Source: Candidatus Poribacteria bacterium
GTDB lineage: Bacteria > Poribacteria > WGA-4E > PCPOR2b
Direction: 5' to 3'
Assembly: GCA_965218095.1 (NCBI GenBank)
Contig: OZ244587.1
Span: forward strand, 800,001-864,000
Length of the DNA: 64,000 bases
Shown here: positions 52,983-63,480 of the stretch, piece after piece
Layout of the letters: every line of letters starts with the position of its first letter
How positions within the stretch are numbered: position 1 is the stretch's first letter
Made by a program: the position numbers and the translations under genes
Notes under the pieces: generated by a model
The model's database searches: none
Told to the model about the DNA's origin: nothing
What the model saw: only the letters and a program-made list of their open reading frames with translations

Positions 52983-54146
52983 CTAATCGCCAGTCGCTTC
53001 ATCGACGAGCGCCGGTTGGACTTTCATCCACTGTGTGACAATAAGGGTGATAAGCGCAACAGCCGCACCGCTGATAAAGATCACTTCGTATCCGAGTTTC
53101 ATCCAGACCAAACCACCCACCAATGGCGCGGTCACCGCAGCAATGTGGTTCATAGTGACGCCCATCGCAAGCGTCGGCTTGAGATCGCTTTTGGGCGCAA
53201 TCTTATTCACATAAGTCATCATCGCAATCCCACCCACAAACAGGAAATTATCAATGCAGTAGAGGAGATACAAATGATGAGGATTTTTCAACAGCGCGTA
53301 TCCGACGAATACGAAGATTAAGCCGATATAGCTGGCACTCAACATAATGCGCTCGCCGAGTTTGTCCACAAGTTGTCCCATCAGTGGAGAAAAGAAAAAA
53401 ACGATGACCTGATTAATCAGGATGAGCGTAATAATGATACTTCGATCAGTGCCGTACACCTTGACGAGCGCGAAAACGGCAAATGTAATAAAGATTTGCC
53501 TGCGACAGCCTTGCAAAAAGGACAGCAGGTAGTAGAGCCAGTAGCATTTTCTCAGCACAAAGCGGTTTTCGCGCTCTGCCTGTAGCTGACGTGAAGCGAA
53601 CATCAAAGCGACGCCGCCGATGGCAACGCTCGCGCCGCCAATTTGAAATAACCCTTCAAATTCTAACATGTTTACGGCAAACATGCACAAAATAATCGCA
53701 GCTAACATCGAAAGGCTCTCGACGCTCCTCAAGCTACCAAGCCACTTTCCCTTCTCCTCTCCCTCCGAGTAAGAGAGCGCCATTGTTCCTTGCAGCGGGA
53801 TCCATGCGTGAAACCCGATGCTCCACACAAACGAATAGATGAGGACGGCCAAAAAACTGTTCGCTTGCGAGTACAATGCCAAGCCGAATCCCATCACAAT
53901 AAGGGAAATCCCAGCGAGAATGGGTGGGGCGAAGTACATCATAATCGCGATAAAGAGTGCATTGAGGAAGCCGGGGACTTCCCGAAACGCTTCCATGTAG
54001 CCCAACTCATGTGCATCAATACCGATCCGCTCGACGATAAAATTATGAAAAAGCGAGAACTGAATGCCAAAAAATACGCCTGTGCCAAAGACAGCGCACG
54101 CCAACAATCGGAAGTTACGATTCCAAGATAGTATCCAAGAGAGCAT
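52983..54146 (-). CDS. MFS transporter
   Basis: About 12 TM segments; GQLVDKLGER motif. Confidence 0.85.
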   Translation of the reverse strand: MLSWILSWNRNFRLLACAVFGTGVFFGIQFSLFHNFIVERIGIDAHELGYMEAFREVPGFLNALFIAIMMYFAPPILAGISLIVMGFGLALYSQANSFLAVLIYSFVWSIGFHAWIPLQGTMALSYSEGEEKGKWLGSLRSVESLSMLAAIILCMFAVNMLEFEGLFQIGGASVAIGGVALMFASRQLQAERENRFVLRKCYWLYYLLSFLQGCRRQIFITFAVFALVKVYGTDRSIIITLILINQVIVFFFSPLMGQLVDKLGERIMLSASYIGLIFVFVGYALLKNPHHLYLLYCIDNFLFVGGIAMMTYVNKIAPKSDLKPTLAMGVTMNHIAAVTAPLVGGLVWMKLGYEVIFISGAAVALITLIVTQWMKVQPALVDEATGD

Positions 54147-54241
54147 AGTTTTCCTTTATTTTTCATTTCGCACCAGTAACTATGTAGTCTGGAAAAGCCT
54201 AATCAGCACGATATTCCAATCTATTCTTCAGCAGCGTCCTT

Positions 54242-55074
54242 TAGGTTCTGTTGACATTTGAGTATAAGGTTGTGGCATAATAGAAGAATGATGCCAATAA
54301 CCTTACCCGATGACCAATGGAAAAAGATATACTCGTTTCTTCTAACTTGTCCCAACATCTATGTTGGCAACGAAGCGATAACACGCCGCTTTATCGAAAC
54401 TGTTCTCTGGGCGACCCGTAGCGGGGCTCAATGGCGGATTCTGCCAGACACCTATGGTAAATCGAACACCCTCTATAAGCGGTTTGCTCGGTGGTGCGAC
54501 AAAGGGGGCTTCACACAGATCCACCCCCACTTCGCCGCCGACCCCGATATCGAGTCGCTTATTGTGGACAGTACAATCATTCGAGCGCACCCGTGTGCGG
54601 CGGGTGCCGAAAAAAAAAGGGTGGCACTGAAAACCAAGCGTTAGGCTGCTCTCGCGGGGGATTCAGTACAAAAATTCACATCACCGTTGACGGCCTGGGT
54701 AATCCACTAAGAATACATCTGACGCCCGGTCAAAGAAACGACATAGCGGAAGCAGAAGGGTTGATACTTGGATATAAAAGCGAGTATGTGATTGGAGACA
54801 TGGAGACAAGGGATATGACTCCGACAATTTTATCGCGGTTATTGAGGCGAATGGAGCGATTGCGGTGATACCGCCCAAAAGTCATCGTGTGGATCAAAGA
54901 GATTACGACAAACATCTGTACAAAGAGAGACATCGGGTTGAATGTTTCATTAACAAGATAAAATGGTATCGCCGCATCTTCTCTCGGTTCGAGAAGTTAT
55001 CTATCCGTTATTTTGGATTTCTCAGCTTTGTCTCTACTCTTATATGGCTCCCTTGAAATGTCAACAGAACCTAG
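54242..55074 (+). mobile_element. IS5-family element copy 2 (orfA/orfB, orfB disrupted)
   Basis: Near-identical to 45797-46638; A9-G slippery site at 54610-54619; 8-bp TGGAGACA duplication near 54793-54808. Confidence 0.88.
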
Positions 55075-56110
55075 TTAAAAGGCAAAGGAAGTGCTATCCT
55101 TTGAGAGAAGTTACTTATCTCGAATGAAAGAGAGGAAGCATTTCAATGGAGTTATGTCAAAAGCGGAGTGCCGCTTTCGCACAAGAAGGAATCACGTCGC
55201 TGAATCTCGAAGACTTGCTGAGTGTGAGTTTCATTGTTATTGATGATTTGTATGAACACCATTTCCCCGATGGAATGCCCCATCGGGGTGTCCCCAATAG
55301 CAACCTAGCCGACAGTGAAGTAATAACCATCGCTTGGGGCGGTGAGATGGTTGGCATTGATAGTCAACGGGTTAGTATAACCTTGTCAAAAAGGAGTTCT
55401 GCCATCTATTTCCGCATTTACCTGAGTGAACTCGATTTAATCGTCGGCGTCGTAATCTGTCGGGAGTAAGTGGAAAACTTAAACAAGCACTCAACGATGA
55501 ACTTCCGTTAAATGACATCTTCATTGTCGATAGCTTGGCTGTCCCCCTCTGTGACTTTAAGCGTGCGTATTCTTCCACATCGCCTCTCAAGTGTCAGTAC
55601 CTACAGGTATTGTGAAACCAAAGGATTGGGTACATTCTTAGGATTTCGCGTTCATCTAATCATCAAGGCGTACCCCTCGCTTTTTCCGTACCCAATGCCA
55701 ATGTTGATGAGCGGGAGGTGCTTTCGACGATGTGTGAAACAGGCGATTATCCCCTGATAATTGGAGACAAAGGTTACATTTCAGACCCATTGAGTGAGAT
55801 GCTCCTTGAGTTGGATGGGATTCGCTTATTCGCTATCAAGCGTGAGAATCAGAAGTCACAACATACGCCACAACTCCGGCGGAATCTCAATCGGATTCGG
55901 AGACGAATTGAAACTACCATCAATCAACTCAATGCCCAGTTTCATCTCTGTCGAATCAGAGCGCGTTATCATTGGGGCATGTTGACCCGAATTATTGATA
56001 AGCTAGCAGGGTTCAGCTTAGCAGTTTTGCTCAACCGCAGTCTAGGACGACCGCTTATGGAAATCAAAGACTTAGTTTTCGCATACCCTATATCAACTAG
56101 CACAAGTCGT
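55071..56110 (+). mobile_element. IS982-family element copy 2, outer left IR missing
   Basis: Near-identical to 29033-30072 including the frameshifts; right IR CTAGCACAAGTCGT. Confidence 0.82.
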
Positions 56111-56294
56111 AACTTAGTGATTTTACGTCTCTTCGCCATCATACGTCAAGGATAAAATCGGGATAGAATGGCATCGATTTTCGTATTGCGTGATGAGTGA
56201 AACGTGATTTAATGCGCATTTCATATTGTGTAAAACGTAAATGACTCTCCTCTCCTCTCACCCACTTCCTCCCTCCTTCCATCTTTGGCTAAAT

Positions 56295-58464
56295 TTATAT
56301 CTTCTTCTGCAATGCTGTGACCTTCGCCTTCAAGGCACGGTAGACATATTCGTTCATCACCGCAATCGCCCCGCGGTCGGACTGGTCACGAGTAACTCGT
56401 ACATATGCTTCCAGTGCACGATGCGCGGTTGCTAGAGCAGTTTCGGTGTGCTGTAACGCTTCGGCGATTTTACCATCGGCTTCTGCTATCGCGGCAGAGC
56501 GGACGGCGGATATCATGTTCAGATAACCGATACCGAACTCCAGGCGGCCAATCTAGTAGTCCACATAACCTTGCCCTGACGATTGTACCTTCTGCCGCGC
56601 CCGGCATGCAGCATCCAACGCGCGTTGGTAGCCCTGGCGGACTTCGATCAGTTCAACAGGCATTGGTTAAGGCGTCCAGTGCTTCATCAACATCCCCGGC
56701 ACAGGGAAGGTCAGCCCCAATCCGTGTGTTTCCAGCGCAACCGTCGTCGCCTCGACCTCACGAAACAGCGTCAGCATATCCGCGACACACGCCTCGCCGC
56801 ACACAGCGCGGATTTGGTCACGGTAAATGGTAAATGGTATCGGGTGTTGTGTCCGCGTCCCACGCCGCTCGCCCAAGATATACAACACACGGGTCGTGGT
56901 CGGCGATTATCCAGTAGCGCGTCGAGAAACCCGCCCAACCGTGTCGGCGTAAGTCTTGGGTCAACTCGTGCAAGGAGCCAGTTGTCAATTGCGGCAGCAC
57001 ACCCACGTTGTCGTCGTGGAGCGTGTAAATCAAGCTGCACGGGATGTCACGACTCGGAACGTTTTCGAGGGCTTCCCGCCGTTTCACAATGCGCGACGCG
57101 GTATAATCCACGAAGTTCAGCGTTTCGCAACCGTGAGGCACAAGCCATCCAAGTACCGGGAACAGTTCATCCGCTACGCTGTTGTAGAGAAGCTTCATGT
57201 CAGGACGCTGAGTATCCTTGAGGATTTGTAGTTCATTGAGAAGTCAGTCGTAGAAGTAGAGGGCGACGATGTCGCCTTTGACCTCCTGTAGCGCGCGATC
57301 TGCTCCACCGGGATAACCCGTGCGCTGCGCAGCACCCGTGAGGACGTCATCAAGCGAGCGTTGAGCCGAGATATTATACTTAGTGTCGAGCGCCCCCCAC
57401 GCTCGTTCATACAGCCCCAACCACTAGCGAAACTCCGGCATCCCCAACGCCACATAATCCGCTTCGAGATAGGTGTTCACCGTCGCCTGCAACACAGCGG
57501 CGGTGAGTTCAGTCAGTGCAGGGTTGTCTATGTCCGTCTCCGCGCTCGGCACAATGGTCAACTCAGACAATTGGTGTGCTTTCTGCGAATCCTTCAACAG
57601 TGACGTAAACTCAGGGGAAAACTCTGTCAGCGTGGCGACGATGACACATTCTATCCCGCGGCGGTGCACGTGATCCATCAGGTTGTGCACCAGTTGTTCA
57701 CCTGCCGCCATAAATTCGTCATAACTCGCTTCACGCGGCAGGTCAGGATTCCAGAATTCATCCGCATCTCCGAATAGGTGCCGCCCCACCATATCGTCGG
57801 TGATGGGGTAATGGAAATTAAACCACAGCGTCGCCGGACCCCGTTTGACCCCTTTGACCTCGTAGTGCACAAACGGGTGCCATGGCCATACGGACAGAAA
57901 GATACGGTTAAACTTGAGTTTAGCCAGTTGGTCGAGCACAAGGCGATAATCCGCCATGCCCCACGATTCGGGACCCCAGGCAAAGCAATTGATGACGCGC
58001 CACTGACGCACAGGCAGCGTCGGCTCCATCACGATGTCCACATCGGGTAAATGAAAGGCGTCAAGTTCTGGTAGCACGTCGCCATGCAACAGATAGCGCA
58101 CACCCCAGCGTTCGACCAGTTCATATACCGCCTACAGCATCGTACGGGGACTGCCGCCCCCGACCAGCACCGAAGGGCGCTCCTGAAATTGCACGTGACA
58201 TAGGACGAGCCCCTGCTCACTAACTTGCGGAAACGGGGCGCCTTCGGTTGCACACTTGACGGCAAGGTTTGTGTCGGAACTGCCGATAAGAAAAAGTACA
58301 TCCGCTTCGGCAGTTGCGCTTGAGGTGGGGCAGGTACGGATGCCGAAGAGCTTTTCAAGATAGTCGCAGAGTTGCGCCGCAGCAAAGTGTTCCAGTTCAG
58401 GAGCATCCCCACCGACTACCACGGCGATTTTCACATTTTCGCTACCTGTCTGATCAATTTGCAT
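56295..58464 (-). pseudogene. Large putative glycoside hydrolase (hexosaminidase/glucuronidase-like N-domain), multiple stops and frameshifts
   Basis: EHFAAAQLCDYL, GGGSPRTML*AVYELVERWGVRYLLHGD, DQLAKLKFNRI; fragments continue to 56295. Confidence 0.65.
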
Positions 58465-58586
58465 GTGGATTTTCTCCTTGTATCTTGAGAGATGGTTCAT
58501 TTACTAATTTCCGTACCGGTCTTTACGCGCCGCTTACAGTTGACACAACCGATGCAAGTCTGTATGTCTTCCGTGCTTGTGTGACG

Positions 58587-59294
58587 CTATTCTCCCAAAT
58601 ACGCCTGACGGACGCGCTCATCATCAAGGAGTTCAGCCGAAGTGCCTTCAATCGAGATTTCTCCAGTCTCCATAACGTAGCCACGATGTGTGACCTGTAA
58701 GGCGAGATGGGCGTTCTGTTCAACCAGAAGGATTGTTGTTCCTTGTTTATTAATCTGCTGGATAATCTCAAAGATCTGCTCGACGAGAATCGGCGCAAGG
58801 CCAAGCGAGGGTTCATCAAGGAGCAGGAGACGTGGATGGGACATCAGCGCACGTCCGATTGCGAGCATCTGCTGTTCGCCGCCGCTTAACGTGCCGCCGT
58901 GCTGCCTTCTTCGTTCACACAAGACCGGAAAGAGATCGAAAACCTGCTCAAGGTCTTCTTTGATGACAGGCGTGTCCTTCCGCCGGAATGCGCCAAGTTC
59001 AAGATTCTCTAACACCGTCATTTCGGGGAAAATCAGCCTGCCCTCGGGAACCTGGGAAATCCCCAATTCAACTCGCTTCTCTGCTGAAACATTGCTCAGA
59101 TCTTGCGCTTCAAAGGTAATTATCCCTTCTACGGGACGGTGAATTCCTGAAATCGTCATCAGTGTCGTCGATTTACCCGCCCCGTTTGCGCCGATCAGAC
59201 AAACCATCTCCCCCGCTTCAACGTGGAGCGAAACGCCTCTGACAGCGCAGATATTGCCGTAGTAGGTGTGGATATCATGAAGTTCAAGCATCAT
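58587..59294 (-). CDS. livF: Branched-chain amino acid ABC transporter ATPase LivF
   Basis: GANGAGKST, VPEGR, LSGGEQQM, DEPSLGLAP, VEQN. Confidence 0.92.
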   Translation of the reverse strand: MMLELHDIHTYYGNICAVRGVSLHVEAGEMVCLIGANGAGKSTTLMTISGIHRPVEGIITFEAQDLSNVSAEKRVELGISQVPEGRLIFPEMTVLENLELGAFRRKDTPVIKEDLEQVFDLFPVLCERRRQHGGTLSGGEQQMLAIGRALMSHPRLLLLDEPSLGLAPILVEQIFEIIQQINKQGTTILLVEQNAHLALQVTHRGYVMETGEISIEGTSAELLDDERVRQAYLGE

Positions 59295-60066
59295 AAGATT
59301 TTCCAAGGTAGGCTTTGATCACCCGTTCATCGTTCTGCACCACTTCAGGTTGACCGTGACTAATCTTTTCGCCGTGATCGATCACAGTGACCCAGTCCGA
59401 AATTTGCATGACCACCTTCATGTCATGTTCGATAAGCAAAATGGTGATACCACGTACACGAATTGCATAAATGAGATCCATCAGACGCTGCGTTTCTTGC
59501 GGGTTCATCCCCGCCGCAGGCTCATCTAAGAGGAGCAGTGTTGGTTCTGTGGCTAAAGCCCGCGCAATCTCAATTCGCCGCTGATCGCCGTAAGAGAGAT
59601 TGCCTGCGAGCTGATCGTTATACCCGTCCAATGCGACAAATTCGAGCGCATCAAATGCTTCTTCCGTGATCTCTGCTTCTTCTTGACGCTGTTTTTTGTG
59701 ACGGCTGATTGCTCCCCAAAAATGGCTCTTTGATTGGCAGTGTCTACCGATCTTCACATTATCCAGGACGGTGAGTTGAGAAAACAGGCGGATGTTTTGA
59801 AAGGTCCGCGCCATTCCAATTGCCGCAATCTGATCCGGACGCAGACCAATTATGCTTCGATCTTGAAACTTGACCCTCCCTTCGGTTGGGCGTTCAAGTC
59901 CCGTGATACAGTTGAACAATGTCGTTTTTCCCGCGCCGTTAGGGCCAATGAGACTAGCAATCTGTCCTTGTTGCACAGACAAATCGATCTTTGACAGGGC
60001 AACCACGCCGCCAAAATGTTTGGTGAGGTTGGTGATTTCAAGAATGGGTGTGGTCGTATTCATCAT
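59284..60066 (-). CDS. livG: Branched-chain amino acid ABC transporter ATPase LivG
   Basis: GPNGAGKTT, ARTFQNIRLF, LSYG, DEPAAGMN, IEHDM. Confidence 0.92.
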   Translation of the reverse strand: MMNTTTPILEITNLTKHFGGVVALSKIDLSVQQGQIASLIGPNGAGKTTLFNCITGLERPTEGRVKFQDRSIIGLRPDQIAAIGMARTFQNIRLFSQLTVLDNVKIGRHCQSKSHFWGAISRHKKQRQEEAEITEEAFDALEFVALDGYNDQLAGNLSYGDQRRIEIARALATEPTLLLLDEPAAGMNPQETQRLMDLIYAIRVRGITILLIEHDMKVVMQISDWVTVIDHGEKISHGQPEVVQNDERVIKAYLGKSYDA

Positions 60067-60124
60067 TCGTATAAAGGAACGAAACACCTTCTGTTGCTTC
60101 CTTTCCTTCCAATTGCAAAGTGTT

Positions 60125-60514
60125 TTAGGGCTCTGCACGCTTCGCTTCCTGCATCATGGTAGCAAACATCATGATATCTTGTTGAAAATCCTCCGTAAAA
60201 TCTTCTGCTTTCTTTACTGTGGCAAAACGATTGAATACCGTCTCTAATGCCTGGAGGAATTGCTCTGACTTGCCTTCATCCTGTACCTCCTGCTTCATCT
60301 GCTGAAGAACTTTCATCTTAGCCGCTTCTTCTCGTTCTGCTAGTACTTCCTGGATTGATTTGTCAAAAGTGATCTGAAGCGTTTCAACGATATGATACGC
60401 CATTGAGCGGTTATACTTCTGCGCGTCCCGTTTTGTGCCTTCATAAATATCATGAGGTAGTAACAGGCTAATTTGTTTTTTTAGGGAATGTTTAGATTGG
60501 CGGTATTCTTTCAT
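60125..60514 (-). CDS. Hypothetical protein with Arc/ribbon-helix-helix-like N-terminus
   Basis: KQISLLLPHDIY...AQKYNRSMAYHIVETL. Confidence 0.55.
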   Translation of the reverse strand: MKEYRQSKHSLKKQISLLLPHDIYEGTKRDAQKYNRSMAYHIVETLQITFDKSIQEVLAEREEAAKMKVLQQMKQEVQDEGKSEQFLQALETVFNRFATVKKAEDFTEDFQQDIMMFATMMQEAKRAEP

Positions 60515-60651
60515 TAAAATTCTCGGTGCTTTATGATGTTACATAATATGTTGAAATTTACAAGTTAAATTATTGAATTTATTATACCATAAAAAAACGC
60601 AAGTGTGTGGAAAAATTTACAACAAAAATAATATGCCTAATTTTACAAGAT

Positions 60652-61557
60652 TTACTCCCATGATATGCTTTCCATAGTTATGGATAAATCATGTTCTGTA
60701 GGCATAGTATAAATTGCCGTTGTATTCACACTTGAATGTCCTAATATTTTCGCAACTCTATCAATTGGTTGTCCAGCATCAATTAAATTCTTGGCGCAGG
60801 TATGCCTAAACACGTGTGGAGACAGATGCTTTATCTTGGCTATATAGGCATGTTTCTGAATGATATAGCGCACCCCACGATCTGTCAACGGCATCCGTTT
60901 TTGTCCGTAAAACAGAAACCGTTCCCGCTCTGGATTTGCACCTGTTATCAATGTGGCTTGTTTATCTTCAAGCGACTCCAAGTAATCCTTTAGGATGCGC
61001 ACCGCAGTTGAGTTTAACGGGATATTCCGCTGTTTAGTCCCTTTGCCTTCACGAACAGTAATCATATTACTATTTTCAGACAAAGTAACATCAGAAACTC
61101 TTAAATTACAAAGCTCACTAACGCGCACGCCTGTATGGAGCAGCATTGTGATAATCGCCAGATCCCTGATATTCCCTGATTTACGCACGGCCCTGAGCAA
61201 TGCGAGTTGCTCCTTACGCGCCAACGACCGCGGACCAAGCGGTTCCTCAGTGACAGCGCGTATGCCGTCAACAGGGTTATTCGGAATGAGATCGTTCTGT
61301 TGCGCCCATTGACAAAAACTAGAAATACTCATTAGACTGCGATTAATTGTTGACGGCTTTTTGCCCCAATCAAGCATTGCATTTCGATAGTCGATTACGT
61401 CCATCGGTGTAATGCTTTCTGGGTGCAGCGGTTCCCCGGTCGCGAGCTGAAACCAATGTGAAAATGAGCGGAGATCCGCCATGTAAGCTTTAATGGTTTG
61501 CTCGGATTTATCTTGATCATGCAGAGAATCGCGATAATCTTGTGATAGATTGTCCAT
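60652..61557 (-). CDS. Tyrosine recombinase (Xer/TnpI-like)
   Basis: HTGVRVSEL, GKG, PHVFRH, LGHS, TTAIY catalytic set. Confidence 0.93.
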   Translation of the reverse strand: MDNLSQDYRDSLHDQDKSEQTIKAYMADLRSFSHWFQLATGEPLHPESITPMDVIDYRNAMLDWGKKPSTINRSLMSISSFCQWAQQNDLIPNNPVDGIRAVTEEPLGPRSLARKEQLALLRAVRKSGNIRDLAIITMLLHTGVRVSELCNLRVSDVTLSENSNMITVREGKGTKQRNIPLNSTAVRILKDYLESLEDKQATLITGANPERERFLFYGQKRMPLTDRGVRYIIQKHAYIAKIKHLSPHVFRHTCAKNLIDAGQPIDRVAKILGHSSVNTTAIYTMPTEHDLSITMESISWE

Positions 61558-61570
61558 TTTTTGATGTCTC

Positions 61571-61696
61571 CTTATCGGACATTTTTTTTAAGAAGTGGGC
61601 TATTATCAAGGTTAAAACGTCCTGATTCAGAGAATCGTTTCATTTATCGGACATTTTTCAGGCGGGTTATGTCCGATAAGAATACTTATCGGACAT
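61571..61696. promoter_or_regulatory. Putative recombination/operator site: 11-6-11 palindrome plus two direct repeats
   Basis: ATGTCCGATAA-GAATAC-TTATCGGACAT at 61669-61696; TTATCGGACATTTT at 61572 and 61644. Confidence 0.75.
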
Positions 61697-62643
61697 TTTA
61701 GTATAAATATCGGGAGCATGTCTCAAATTGGCACGGTTTTTGGTTGATAGAAAACGGGAAAACAAAATTCTCAAACCGCTACCTAAGTCCGCCAATGAGA
61801 ATCCTATTGGTTGTTGAGTATCAATTGCCTCAAGCAAAGCACGTGCTCTGCGCCTTTCCTGTTCCCGTTTTGTCCCCGTAACTTTGGTCGGTGGCAGACC
61901 AACAACTCAATGGCTTTCTCGGCGAAAACAGAGCTGATGAAATAGCGCTTGTCTCTTTTCGCTTGGTAATCGACGATTAAACCAAGATTCCGCCAGATGT
62001 ATTGAAACAGAACGGGGAGGCGGGGTTCCCCTATACCTGGCGTGGAACGATGGTCTGTACGAGACTAACCTCGAAGCCACTGACAGCGCCAAGCCGGTTA
62101 AAGATGAGGAATACCGAAAGCGAAATCTCGGACGAGGGCTACCCGCAGGGCCGCTACATGCGGAACCTGACGCCCCGGAGATCCTCGCCACCTTCGTCTC
62201 AACGCGAGCTTACCACTGGCATGTGGTCGGCGAACCGGTCAGGGAGTTTGAAGATCTGCTGCTTGCCGTGGAGCTAGATCCTGTCTGCCCGGCGTATCAA
62301 AGTAACATGGTCAAAATCTGGCCGCGAGTCCGCCAGATGATTAAGAGTGCGAGGGCATTGTCGGCGAAGAAGTCATGTTGGTAGCGATGCGCGAACAGAA
62401 GCAGCAACGTGCCTACGAGCAGGCGAGAGCGGAGGCCGAAGCCCAGATGGTCGGATTAAACGACAAAGCAGCATTCCGGACGCGAAGCAGATCACTGGCA
62501 ATCGGCTTCGCCACGCGCTAATTCTCAATGACTAAAATCTGGCGTAACAGGGTGAGAATCTGTTATACTTTATTTAAGGTTGATGTAGATTTGAGAACCA
62601 ACCCACGCGACTGTGGATTTTTCGTTGAACGGAGGACAATGGA

Positions 62644-62892
62644 ATGTCGGCGCAAGGTGGGACGTATATTCTTCGCGACCCTGAGGCCGGACAGATCATG
62701 CGAACAGGGCGTACGAAAGACCTAGAGCGTTGAGCAAACGAACACAGAAGATTGGAGGAAGCAGCAGATTTAGAGTTCGTGGTCGATCGACGGACTGATG
62801 TTTATGCTGCACAGCGTAGTCGGGAATAAATCCTCCACGAGAAATATCGACCATCACTGAACAAGCTTGCGCCGACTCACGCGAAAAATTAG
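62644..62892 (+). pseudogene. GIY-YIG nuclease remnant resembling a polymorphic toxin tip
   Basis: GGTYILRDP...RTGRTKDLER*ANEH...RTDVY..QRSRE*IL...LNK; two in-frame stops. Confidence 0.6.
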
Positions 62893-63480
62893 GGATCAAC
62901 TTAACGAAAATACCTCTTTCTTCCTTGATGCTTACTTTTACCCACAAGTTTTCAACCTCCCCCGCTACGCGGGATCTTGCTCCGCTAGAGACTTGCCGGA
63001 CTGTTCAGATCGGCCGAAACCCTGATTCATCGGGCGCCGTTTTCTGTAGCTCGGCGACTTCATCGCCGAGCGAAAAGATCTGGGTAAAAGTAAGACATTG
63101 TGGAGAGGGGGTTAGGGAGTGAGTCCCGGAGAATTAACGTAAATGACCCTATGCTTTTATGCTTTCGTGAAAGGAACTCAAAATGGACAAGAAAGAAAAC
63201 TCGCATCCCAAGTAATCAGATTGCTTCCGTTGAACAGATCGAAGATCTGCAACGCCTCATCATTTCTACTGAGGGCGCAAATTTAAGCAACGACGATTTC
63301 AAAGTCATCAACGGTCAACGGACATGTTTCAGACAAGAAACTGAATCTCTCTGACCATGCTATGCGCGACATCACTCAGATTCATACAAGGGTAGGCTGG
63401 CACCTACCAAATTTACGGGGCCAGTGGGAAGTTGGTTCGCCGACACAGAATGAGCGCGTCATCAATTTGGGTGCTTCAAT

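Noticed and set aside
3914-58464. Stop-codon reassignment as an explanation for the many in-frame TAA/TAG/TGA codons
   Set aside because: Core genes end normally with all three stops, and the broken genes also carry frameshifts; only the TGA at 41057 has a Sec-like context
61920-62522. Coding-like fragments on the plus strand
   Set aside because: Probably a decayed gene, but no family could be assigned by eye
62731-62733. In-frame TGA in the GIY-YIG relic as selenocysteine
   Set aside because: Arg position in a gene that has a second (TAA) stop; no Cys context
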